Shown here piece after piece: positions 26,409 to 33,896 of a DNA stretch of 33,993 bases. The stretch is from Patescibacteria group bacterium (lineage in GTDB: Bacteria; Patescibacteriota; Minisyncoccia; UBA6257; HR35). Under the pieces are notes generated by a model that was given only the letters and a program-made list of their open reading frames with translations, had not been told where the DNA came from and did no database searches. The position numbers and the translations under genes are program-made. Position 1 is the stretch's first letter; each line of letters starts with the position of its first letter. The stretch spans positions 1 through 33,993 of the forward strand of contig JBBTQG010000003.1 in NCBI GenBank assembly GCA_038065795.1. Direction: 5' to 3'.

Positions 26409-28269
26409 ATGTTTCTATAAATCGCCTTCTGGGCTCAACCTCAGCCCCCATTAATACATTAAAAAGCCTGCTTGCTTCCTCTGAATTTTCAATTGTAATT
26501 CTTTTTAAAACTCTATTTTCTGGGTTTAAAGTTGTTTCCCAAAGTTCTTCTGGATTCATTTCGCCTAAACCCTTATATCTTTGAACATCTGTTGTTTTAG
26601 TAGTTTTTTTCAAGATTTTGTTTCGTTCTATATCAGAAAACGCATAGTCAACTTTTTTGCCTTCGGTTATTTTATATAAAGGAGGAGTTGCGGCGTAAAG
26701 AAAATCTTGTTCAATCATTGTTTTAAAATATCTGTGAAAAAGAGTTAAAAGCAATGTTCGTATATGCGAGCCATCAATATCGCTATCAGTCGCTATTATT
26801 ATTTTTGAATATCTTAAATTTTCTAAATTAAAATCTTTGCCAACGCCAGAACCCATCGCGATAATCAAATTTTTAATTTCTTCTGATTTTAGAATTTTAT
26901 CTAATGTTGCTTTTTCAACATTCAAAATTTTTCCTCGCAAAGGCAAAACGGCTTGCGTGCTTCTGTCTCTGCCCGATTTCATAGAGCCTCCAGCAGAATC
27001 TCCTTCAACTATAAATAATTCTCTTTTTGACACATCTCTATTTGAGCAGTCAGCTAATTTTCCTGAAAGCGTAAGGGTAGGGGATAATCTTTTTTTGAAA
27101 ACAGCTTCTTTTGCTGATTTTGTTGCTTTCCTTACTTCAAAATTCAACAACACTCTTTGTAGGAGCGCTTTTACTTCGTTTGGATTTTTTCCAAAATATT
27201 CTTTTAGAAAATTGGTTAAATTACTTTCAACAAAATATCTAACTTCTGGATTTCCGAGTTTAGCTTTTGTCTGTCCTTCAAATTGCGGTTCGGCGATTTT
27301 TAGTGAAATAATTCCAACAAACCCGCTTTTTAGGTCGTCTGCTATCAACGAAGATTTTTCTTTGATAATATTTGCGCTTTTTCCAAAATCGTTAAATATT
27401 TTTAGCAATCCAGATTTGAATCCATTTAAGTGCGTTCCGCCCTCTGGGTTTTGAATGTTGTTAACAAAAGCAAGTTCTGTATTTTCTTGATTAACTGTAT
27501 ATCCAAAAATTATTTCAATTTCGCCTTTTTCTTCTTTGTGTGAAAAGTAAATTGGAGCTGATATAAGTTTTTTGTTTATAGTGATATGTTTAAAAAAATT
27601 ATTTAATCCTGTTTCAAAATAAAATCCATAACCAAATACAGAGTCCTCTCTTTCGTCATAAAAATTTATTCTTAATCCCGGAGTCAAAAAAGCTTGATGT
27701 CTTAAATAATCTAAAATTTTGTTTCTATCGTAATCTATTTTTTCAGTGAAAATTTGTTGGTCAGGTTCAAAAATTATAGTAGTTCCGGTTTTGGAACTTT
27801 TTTTGCCTTGTTCAACTTTTGTTTGTGGAATTCCGCGTTCGTACTCTTGTGTCCATTCAAAGCCGTCTCTATAAACCACTGCTCTAAGTTTTTTTGATAG
27901 CGCGTTGACAACTGATAATCCTACGCCATGAAGACCGCCAGCCACTTTATAAACTTTATGAGAAAATTTTCCACCTGCATGCAAAAGAGTTAAAACCGTT
28001 TCGAGCGCGGTTTTTTTTGTTTTTAAGTGTATGTCAACGGGAATTCCTCTGCCGTCATCAGAAACAAAAATTTTGCCTCCTTTTAAAAGTTTTACATTAA
28101 TATTTTTTGCATAACCGGCGATTGCTTCATCAACCGCATTTCCAACAATTTCAAAAACCAGATGTTGTAATCCATCAGCGCCAGTTGAACCAATATACAT
28201 ACCCGGCCTTTTCCTAACCGCTTCAATCCCTTCTAAAACCTGAATGTGTTCTGCTTTATAGTCGCTCAT
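26377..28269 (-). CDS. gyrB: Type IIA topoisomerase B subunit (DNA gyrase B)
   Basis: EAVRKRPGMYIG, DDGRGIP, GGLHGVG, VEGDSAGG, PLRGKILN, TDSDIDG, QRYKGLGEMNP; ends KNLDI. ParE is not strictly excluded. Confidence 0.88.
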   Translation of the reverse strand: MSDYKAEHIQVLEGIEAVRKRPGMYIGSTGADGLQHLVFEIVGNAVDEAIAGYAKNINVKLLKGGKIFVSDDGRGIPVDIHLKTKKTALETVLTLLHAGGKFSHKVYKVAGGLHGVGLSVVNALSKKLRAVVYRDGFEWTQEYERGIPQTKVEQGKKSSKTGTTIIFEPDQQIFTEKIDYDRNKILDYLRHQAFLTPGLRINFYDEREDSVFGYGFYFETGLNNFFKHITINKKLISAPIYFSHKEEKGEIEIIFGYTVNQENTELAFVNNIQNPEGGTHLNGFKSGLLKIFNDFGKSANIIKEKSSLIADDLKSGFVGIISLKIAEPQFEGQTKAKLGNPEVRYFVESNLTNFLKEYFGKNPNEVKALLQRVLLNFEVRKATKSAKEAVFKKRLSPTLTLSGKLADCSNRDVSKRELFIVEGDSAGGSMKSGRDRSTQAVLPLRGKILNVEKATLDKILKSEEIKNLIIAMGSGVGKDFNLENLRYSKIIIATDSDIDGSHIRTLLLTLFHRYFKTMIEQDFLYAATPPLYKITEGKKVDYAFSDIERNKILKKTTKTTDVQRYKGLGEMNPEELWETTLNPENRVLKRITIENSEEASRLFNVLMGAEVEPRRRFIETYAKEVKNLDI

Positions 28270-28343
28270 TTTTTTTGAAATAACAAAAATAACCGCCTAA
28301 ATCGGCTATATTTTAATTATAACACACTATAAAAATTCAAAAG

Positions 28344-28769
28344 TTAAAAGTTATGATGCAATTTTTTTCTGATATTTTTAAAAGCAACAATTTTTAAATG
28401 AATTATAAGTGCTATAAAAATTAAACTAACTATCCATATTTTAAGAGGAATAAAAATCCAACCAAAAATTAAATCAATTATAAATATTATTAAAAGTTTT
28501 GGAATATGTGTATGTGCTTTTATAGCTGCTTCTGCATATTCTGAATTAGACCATACTTGAAATACATTCTCAAATCTTTTTGGATCGAAGAGATCTAATC
28601 CTTGTGTTCTTATATGCATTCCAATTTTTTCGTGATAAAAATATTTTTTCTTATCATCCCAAGAGTATCCTTTGCTAATTATAATGTCTAATAATCTTTC
28701 AACTTCCTCTTTTGAGCGATTTTTCAATCGTGGGTTTATCTCTGTTATTTCTTTGTAAGATGGCTTCAT
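28344..28769 (-). CDS. Hypothetical protein with two C-terminal TM helices
   Basis: 141-aa ORF with a hydrophobic C-terminus. Confidence 0.65.
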   Translation of the reverse strand: MKPSYKEITEINPRLKNRSKEEVERLLDIIISKGYSWDDKKKYFYHEKIGMHIRTQGLDLFDPKRFENVFQVWSNSEYAEAAIKAHTHIPKLLIIFIIDLIFGWIFIPLKIWIVSLIFIALIIHLKIVAFKNIRKKLHHNF

Positions 28770-28840
28770 GTTTTTAATTTAACGATAAATTTAATTTGGT
28801 AATATATTTCGCTTAACTCGTTTTTATGTAAAATATTTTT

Positions 28841-29098
28841 TTATGGACTTTTTGTGATTGAGTGAAGACCAATTCGCCTGATAATAAATTTATCGCCTGT
28901 AATTTTGAATGTAAATCGATAATCCTTGCTAATTCTTCCTTCCCAAATGTCGATTACCCCGTGAATTTTCTTTGTGTCCAATGAGGGATGATATGGATTT
29001 TCTGAAAGAAATTTTAATTGCTTGTCTGTTCTAATCTGAATTTGTTTCGGCAATTTTTCGTAATCTTTCTTGAATGGGTCAGTTAATATAATTTTCAT
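28841..29098 (-). CDS. RelE/ParE-superfamily toxin
   Basis: FKKDYEKLP...NPYHPSLDTKKIHG..IWEGRISKDYRFTF..RRIGLH. Confidence 0.85.
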   Translation of the reverse strand: MKIILTDPFKKDYEKLPKQIQIRTDKQLKFLSENPYHPSLDTKKIHGVIDIWEGRISKDYRFTFKITGDKFIIRRIGLHSITKSP

Positions 29099-29107
29099 TC
29101 AACCCAA

Positions 29108-29353
29108 CTATTTTTTTAATTTATCTAGCGCTTTTTTTAATTCTTTCCAATTTTTATAAGGACCACTAACTTTACCATTCTTTATAGCAATGTCAGCTTC
29201 TCGTTCTTTTTTTTGCCATTCTTTTGTCCAAAACCAAAGCTGGTCTTTATCAATTGAATTATAAATACTTTTTAATTCATCGTATTCTTTTTGCGGAACA
29301 ACAACAAGTGCTCCTTTTTCTGTTAAATTTTTTGGAATAGTTATTGTAACCAT
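29108..29353 (-). CDS. Putative antitoxin
   Basis: TITIPK N-terminus; DQLWFWTKEWQKKEREAD..IKNGKVSGP; directly upstream of the toxin. Confidence 0.75.
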   Translation of the reverse strand: MVTITIPKNLTEKGALVVVPQKEYDELKSIYNSIDKDQLWFWTKEWQKKEREADIAIKNGKVSGPYKNWKELKKALDKLKK

Positions 29354-29388
29354 TGTTGAAATTATAACATAAATTTATAATTTTGGAT

Positions 29389-30061
29389 TTAATCTAAAAT
29401 TTGGAATCCGACTTCGGGGCTGAATGCCGCAAGTGTTTTATCATTTGCGGCGCCAAAAAACAAGTTTTTGGCTTTGCGGTGAAGAGCGTCGGTTTTAAAT
29501 AAGAATATTTCTAATGTCCCGCCAACGCTGAAAATAAACAAAGTTTATTTTCAGCCACGAAATTATATTAAATAATTCTTAATTAATGAAATTTCGCGAT
29601 TTTAATTTTTCAAGATGACCGGCAAAAGATTCGAATGCCGAAAAGCCCAAAGATATATCTTTGGGCGCCGAAAACGATAAATCATTTTCGGCATTGTTTT
29701 TCGGTGCTGACAGCGATTTATCGCTGTCAGCTTGTTCGTTTGAAAATGTAATATGAGTATGAATATTAATATCTAATCAGTGTTGGTCTGCGTGTAGTCC
29801 GCGCGAGTCTGCGTCCTTGAGACTGATTTCGCCTGTAATATTTGAAATTTCCATAGAGCCATTAAATTCTGAGGAATGATATTTTTTGTCGTTTATATCA
29901 ATATACGCAACTTTAATATATTACGCGTTTCCTAATCCAAAAAAATATCCACCAAAAATTTTCCATTCTTTGAGAAAATTCATAAATTCTTTATTTGGAT
30001 ATTCTTCGTTTAAGTCAAATCGCAATATCCAATCCCCGGGTTTTTCAAGAATTATTTTCAT
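29389..30061 (-). pseudogene. DUF296/PPC-domain protein pseudogene with four repeat insertions
   Basis: Hand translation: MKIILEKPGDWILRFDLNEE...GYFFGLGNA*YIKVAYID...EFNGSMEISNITGEISLKD[ins]NIHTHITFSNEQ[ins]FESFAGHLEKLK[ins]VGGTLEIFL...HRK[ins]FSPEVGFQILD*. The HxH and GHL motifs are those of the PPC family. Confidence 0.85.
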
Positions 30062-30605
30062 TTTTTAAAAGTTTTAAAAGATGCAGTGTATTACCTCGCT
30101 TAAATGTTTCCCACGCAGATTCTCGTTCATTAAAATAATCCTGAAGAATTTTACTTTTTTCTTCGTCAGTAAAAATAACACCTCCGCCTGTAAATGCGTT
30201 TATAAATGTTGTTTTTTGATAATTTATATTATTAAGAGTTGTTGCCTGTTCAGGATTTTTTAATTTAATAACAATTTCATATGGACTGCATAAATTAATA
30301 GAAAAATCACTTTTTTCTTCAAAATAAAAGCGTCTCGTTTTGTTTGTTTTTTCAACATCTCCGTCTACCAGTGTGGTCATTGGTGTATTTCTATCCAAAA
30401 TTCCAGCTTCATTTGTTCCAGACCCAATTAAAAGATGCTCAAATAAAGTAAGCGTGTTTTGAAATCTATATAAACCAGTATTTTCATCTTCTAAAAGCAA
30501 GTCATCTCTTTTTTTCATTAACTCCTCGAGTGATTTTTGTTTAATCCGTTGTTCTTGTTCTCCTGATGTCTTTTCTAAATTTGTACTCGGTGTTCCTTCT
30601 ATCAT
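30045..30605 (-). CDS. Hypothetical protein
   Basis: 186-aa ORF; no motif recognised. Confidence 0.65.
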   Translation of the reverse strand: MIEGTPSTNLEKTSGEQEQRIKQKSLEELMKKRDDLLLEDENTGLYRFQNTLTLFEHLLIGSGTNEAGILDRNTPMTTLVDGDVEKTNKTRRFYFEEKSDFSINLCSPYEIVIKLKNPEQATTLNNINYQKTTFINAFTGGGVIFTDEEKSKILQDYFNERESAWETFKRGNTLHLLKLLKNENNS

Positions 30606-30635
30606 TATATTTTTATTATATGCAATAAAATTTTT

Positions 30636-31106
30636 TTAACTGTATCTCAAAATTTTATCTATACTTAATGATCCTGCGCCAGTGAATAAAATCAAAATAA
30701 AAAATGCGAGTAAAAAAATTGATTCAGAAATTGGCTCTTTTTTAAATTTCGCTATCAAAAAGATTATCCAAAGTATACTTATCAGCTTTATAAAAAATCC
30801 TGTAAAAATTAATAAAGAGCTAAAAAAATAAATCCAAGCCAGAAGATTTTTTTTGGTAAATGGTTGTCGTAATTTTTCGGGAGTTATTTTTTTTCGTTGT
30901 TTTTCGGCTTTTTCTTTTACGATTTCAACAGGAGCGCTGTTCATTATAGATAATTGTTTTATGGCTGTTTTCTTTTTTTCGTCAATTTTTTCTACAATAT
31001 TATTTTTTGTAAAAAATTCAATACTTTTTAAAAATAATCCAACAAAAATAAGAGTTCGCGCTAAAAAAATTCCAATTGAACTTGATAATAAAATTTGTTG
31101 AGCCAT
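30636..31106 (-). CDS. DoxX-like membrane protein
   Basis: LAR..IFVGLF N-terminal helix; LLIFTGFF; C-terminal GAGSLSID. Confidence 0.65.
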   Translation of the reverse strand: MAQQILLSSSIGIFLARTLIFVGLFLKSIEFFTKNNIVEKIDEKKKTAIKQLSIMNSAPVEIVKEKAEKQRKKITPEKLRQPFTKKNLLAWIYFFSSLLIFTGFFIKLISILWIIFLIAKFKKEPISESIFLLAFFILILFTGAGSLSIDKILRYS

Positions 31107-31239
31107 TATAATACTGAAAATTTTTTACATCAAGTTAATTTTTTAATGACGAATTTTCAGCGTGAAACTTTACAAAATTTTGTATAATTTATTTAAAATA
31201 AACAACCGTAATTTATTATAAGAAGTTTCACATAGATTA

Positions 31240-32283
31240 ATGAATAACGATAACCATCTATATTTTAACATTGTCAATCAGGAATATATGCCATATCAAC
31301 CGCAATTATACAAGGATTTGGAAAAATACAAAAGTTTCAAAAAATTGTGGGAAAATCACGGCTTAAAACTATATAAAAAAGACCCTCAGGTTGAATTTGA
31401 AAAACTCAAAAAATTAGGAATAAAAATAATAACTATTTTGGACGCAGAATATCCTGAAAGTTTAAAGAATATTCCAAGCCCTCCGTTGGGGTTTTATTTG
31501 CTTGGCGAGATGCCTTTAAATTTTCCATTAGCAATTGTTGGAACAAGAAAAGCTGGACATTATGGATTATCAATTGCGACAAAATTTGCAAAAGCATTGG
31601 CGGGATTAGGAGTTGTGATTGTAAGCGGGTTAGCATATGGAATTGATTCAGCGGCGCATAAGGGAACAGTTGAAATTGGCGGAAAAACTATCGCGGTTTT
31701 GGGAGAGGGAATTGATTTGGTTTTGGATTCGCCAAAAAGAAATTTGGTTGCTCAAATTTTAGAAACAGGAGGAGGAGTAATAAGCGAGTTTCCATTGGGA
31801 GCTGGAGGGTTAAAAGGAAATTTTCCATTAAGAAACAGAATAGTTTCAGGGTTAAGTTTGGGAACTATTGTAATAGAAGCGCCAATCGATTCAGGAGCGT
31901 TAATTACGGCAAGATTGGCGATGGAGCAGGGGAAGGAAGTTTTTGTCGTCCCGGCTGAAATTGTAAATAAAAATTTTGAAGGAAGCCATAGATTAATTCA
32001 GCAAGGAGCGAAACTAATAACAACAATTGACGACATTCTCACGGAATTTGATTTTCATAATACAAAAGCAGATGCAAAAGCATATAATGAATTGTTTAAA
32101 TTAAAATTATCGCCAGCCGAAGAAGAAATTTTTAACGCCTTAAAAATAGAGAGCTTGGATTTAATGGGGCTTCAGGAGGAGCTGGATATGAGCACGGGCG
32201 AGCTCTTATCTCTTTTGACCCATTTAGAAATCAAGGGTATAATTAAAAATATCGGAGGGAAGTTTATATGTACGGGCTCGTAG
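31240..32283 (+). CDS. dprA: DNA-processing protein DprA
   Basis: YPESLKNIPSPP, AIVGTR, VSGLAYGIDSAAH, FPLRNRIVSGLS, SGALITA, LIQQGA. Confidence 0.96.
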   Translation: MNNDNHLYFNIVNQEYMPYQPQLYKDLEKYKSFKKLWENHGLKLYKKDPQVEFEKLKKLGIKIITILDAEYPESLKNIPSPPLGFYLLGEMPLNFPLAIVGTRKAGHYGLSIATKFAKALAGLGVVIVSGLAYGIDSAAHKGTVEIGGKTIAVLGEGIDLVLDSPKRNLVAQILETGGGVISEFPLGAGGLKGNFPLRNRIVSGLSLGTIVIEAPIDSGALITARLAMEQGKEVFVVPAEIVNKNFEGSHRLIQQGAKLITTIDDILTEFDFHNTKADAKAYNELFKLKLSPAEEEIFNALKIESLDLMGLQEELDMSTGELLSLLTHLEIKGIIKNIGGKFICTGS

Positions 32284-32347
32284 TTCAGTTGGTTAGAACG
32301 CTACATTGACATTGTAGAGGTCTCCGGTTCGAGTCCGGACGAGCCCA
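32274..32347 (+). tRNA. tRNA-Val(GAC)
   Basis: GGGCTCG/CGAGCCC + A; CTACA-TTGACAT-TGTAG; TCCGG-TTCGAGT-CCGGA; overlaps the last 10 nt of dprA. Confidence 0.95.
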
Positions 32348-32396
32348 ATAAAAATCACTAGGGGCATTTTTCTTTTATAATTAAGTTGTTGAATTT

Positions 32397-32480
32397 GCCG
32401 AAGTAGCTCAGTTGGTCATCCGTCAAAAGCATATGCATTTTGACGGACCCGCCAAAATGCGCAGCTTTTGGCGGGGAGCA
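32397..32480 (+). pseudogene. 5' part of a disrupted tRNA-Thr-like gene, with two hairpins inserted in the D-loop
   Basis: GCCGAAG-TA-GCTC-AGTTGGT [hairpins 32419-32447 and 32448-32475] GAGC-A. Confidence 0.8.
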
Positions 32481-32489
32481 ATTAAAAAA

Positions 32490-32750
32490 ATGCATTATAC
32501 TTATGTATTATTATTAAGTAATAAAAAATTTTACATAGGTTCGACAAGTAATTTGAAATTAAGATTAAAAGATCATAAAAATGGTCGAGTAAAATCAACA
32601 AGACAATTTTTACCGTTAGAATTAGTATATTTTGAGTGTTGTTTTTCTAAAACAGACGCAATAAAACGGGAGTATCAATTAAAGACTGGATTCGGAAGAG
32701 GGTATCTTAGAAGAAGATTGGAAAATTTTTTAAACAATACGCCGACCTAG
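32490..32750 (+). CDS. Small GIY-YIG nuclease (86 aa)
   Basis: YTYVL...FYIGSTSNLKLRLKDHKNG...LVYFE...AIKREYQLK; start re-called at ATG 32490; the stop codon lies inside tRNA-Thr. Confidence 0.92.
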   Translation: MHYTYVLLLSNKKFYIGSTSNLKLRLKDHKNGRVKSTRQFLPLELVYFECCFSKTDAIKREYQLKTGFGRGYLRRRLENFLNNTPT

Positions 32751-32813
32751 CTCAATTGGCAGAGCAACGGTTTTGTAAACCGTAGGTTCGGGGTTCAAGT
32801 CCCCGGGTCGGCT
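32741..32813 (+). tRNA. tRNA-Thr(TGT)
   Basis: GCCGACC/GGTCGGC + T; ACGGT-TTTGTAA-ACCGT; CGGGG-TTCAAGT-CCCCG. Confidence 0.95.
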
Positions 32814-32870
32814 ATAATATTAATTAAATCGCGAATAAAAAGATATAAAAACTAAAAAGGGCTTTAGCCC

Positions 32871-32890
32871 TTCGAATCCGACCTTCGGCT
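32871..32890 (+). pseudogene. 3' part (T-loop to discriminator) of the disrupted tRNA-Thr-like gene
   Basis: TTCGAAT-CCGAC-CTTCGGC-T. CTTCGGC pairs 7/7 with GCCGAAG at 32397, but not with the intact tRNA. Confidence 0.8.
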
Positions 32891-32908
32891 AAGAAATGTG
32901 ACGGACAA

Positions 32909-32973
32909 TCACCCAGTAAATTAGTGGTTCGTCAGGTCATCCGACCTGACGAACCAGTCGGATGACTGGGCGA
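32909..32973. repeat. Nested GC-rich hairpin
   Basis: TGGTTCGTCAGGTC-ATCC-GACCTGACGAACCA inside TCACCCAGT/ACTGGGCGA. Confidence 0.75.
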
Positions 32974-32991
32974 GCCCGACCTTAAGCTCAA

Positions 32992-33231
32992 ATGAACCCA
33001 GAAGCTTTTTCAAAAGAAAAACCAAAGGAATTTTTTAGCAAAGAAGAAATCCAAGATGCTTTATTGTTTTCAATGGAAAAAGAAGATTTGGTTGTTGAAA
33101 ATAGAATGTTGAGTTTATTAAATAATAGAATGGAGTGGGGTGGTAATAAGGAAATTAAATTCAGCGATTTATCAGAACAAGAAATTGAAACAATCAAAAG
33201 AGTATTAGAATTGAAAAAAGAAGCAGAATAA
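32992..33231 (+). CDS. Small acidic hypothetical protein
   Basis: 79-aa Glu/Lys-rich ORF. Confidence 0.6.
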   Translation: MNPEAFSKEKPKEFFSKEEIQDALLFSMEKEDLVVENRMLSLLNNRMEWGGNKEIKFSDLSEQEIETIKRVLELKKEAE

Positions 33232-33296
33232 GTAAATGGGAAATAATTATTGGCGAGGTGTCGGAGTGTCGGAGTGGGGTACAAAGTGCCATTTTA

Positions 33297-33368
33297 GGAG
33301 GAGTGCGCCGAATTGGTAAGGTAGCAGTTTCTGCGCCCAAGGCGCATCCGTCACGGACGGAGAAAACT
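33297..33368 (+). pseudogene. 5' half of a relic tRNA-Ser(CGA)-like gene, with two hairpins inserted in the anticodon
   Basis: GGAGGAG-TG-CGCCGAATTGGTAAGGTA-GCAGT-TT-C[TGCGCC-CAA-GGCGCA TCCGTC-ACG-GACGGA]GA-AA-ACT. Confidence 0.6.
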
Positions 33369-33605
33369 ATGTATTATATTTATATAATTTATAGCAAAAA
33401 ATTAAATAAAAAATATGCTGGTATTACAAAAAATTTAAAGAAACGAATTTATGAACATAATCATAGTAAAGTGCCATTTACATCAAAGGCAAAAGATTGG
33501 AAGTTAATTTACTATGAAGCATTTCTAAATAAGCAAGATGCATATGCGGAAGAAAAATTTTTGAAAAGTGGAAAGGGCAGAGTTCGTTTAAAATATTTAT
33601 TATAA
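33369..33605 (+). CDS. Small GIY-YIG nuclease (78 aa)
   Basis: YIYIIYS...KYAGITKNLKKRIYEHN...LIYYEAF...AYAEEKFLKSG; start re-called at ATG 33369. Confidence 0.92.
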   Translation: MYYIYIIYSKKLNKKYAGITKNLKKRIYEHNHSKVPFTSKAKDWKLIYYEAFLNKQDAYAEEKFLKSGKGRVRLKYLL

Positions 33606-33659
33606 AATACCTTAACAGATATTTGGCGAGGTGCCGGAGTGGTTTAACGGAGCGGCTCG

Positions 33660-33768
33660 CCCCGTTAGAAAATGGAGGATTGGCAGAATGGTAATGCACT
33701 GGTTTCGAAAACCAGCGGGAGTAATCCCTTGCAGGTTCGAATCCTGCATCCTCCGTTTTCTAACGGGG
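33660..33768. mobile_element. CCCCGTTAGAAAA inverted-repeat element carrying tRNA-Ser(CGA)
   Basis: Perfect 13-bp IR at 33660-33672 / 33756-33768. Confidence 0.85.
33674..33755 (+). tRNA. tRNA-Ser(CGA), intact, nested
   Basis: GGAGGAT/ATCCTCC + G; CTGGT-TTCGAAA-ACCAG; V-arm GGGA/TCCC; GCAGG-TTCGAAT-CCTGC. Confidence 0.95.
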
Positions 33769-33896
33769 TAAAAAAACCGCGTCTTCAAAAAAGACTCGTG
33801 AGTTCGAATCTCACCCTCGCCGAATAAAAAATTAATTTGCTTAAAGGTTAGTTGGCAGATATAAAATAGGGCTTGCCCTTTCAAATCCTCCTCCCG

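Larger units (their letters stand above)
33625..33822 (+). pseudogene. tRNA-Ser gene interrupted in the anticodon loop by a 109-bp element
   Basis: GGCGAGG/CCTCGCC + G; D-arm GCCGGAGTGGTTTAACGGA; GCGG/CCGC anticodon stem; V-arm GTCTT/AAGAC; GTGAG-TTCGAAT-CTCAC. Confidence 0.88.

Noticed and set aside
26837-27454. 205-aa plus-strand ORF and similar antisense ORFs within pgk, rnj, rpiB and recG
   Set aside because: They are antisense shadows of well-supported genes and have no recognisable motifs.
29400-29760. CRISPR array suggested by clustered palindromes
   Set aside because: There are no identical repeats with regular spacers and no cas genes; the pattern is explained by insertions in a pseudogene.
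29775-29923. Stop-codon recoding (TGA=Gly or selenocysteine) rescuing the DUF296 gene
   Set aside because: The gene also has in-frame TAA codons, and TGA ends other genes in the window, for example at the ATGA overlaps.
32412-32489. N-terminal extension of the first GIY-YIG ORF in the track (112 aa)
   Set aside because: It runs through the tRNA relic and hairpins; the domain begins at ATG 32490.
33258-33368. N-terminal extension of the second GIY-YIG ORF in the track (115 aa)
   Set aside because: It is translated tRNA relics and hairpins; the domain begins at ATG 33369.
33660-33768. Group I intron or archaeal BHB intron in the outer tRNA-Ser
   Set aside because: The insert is only 109 nt and is fully explained by the IR plus a tRNA. 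There is no ribozyme core or clear bulge-helix-bulge, and removal does not give a canonical 7-nt loop.
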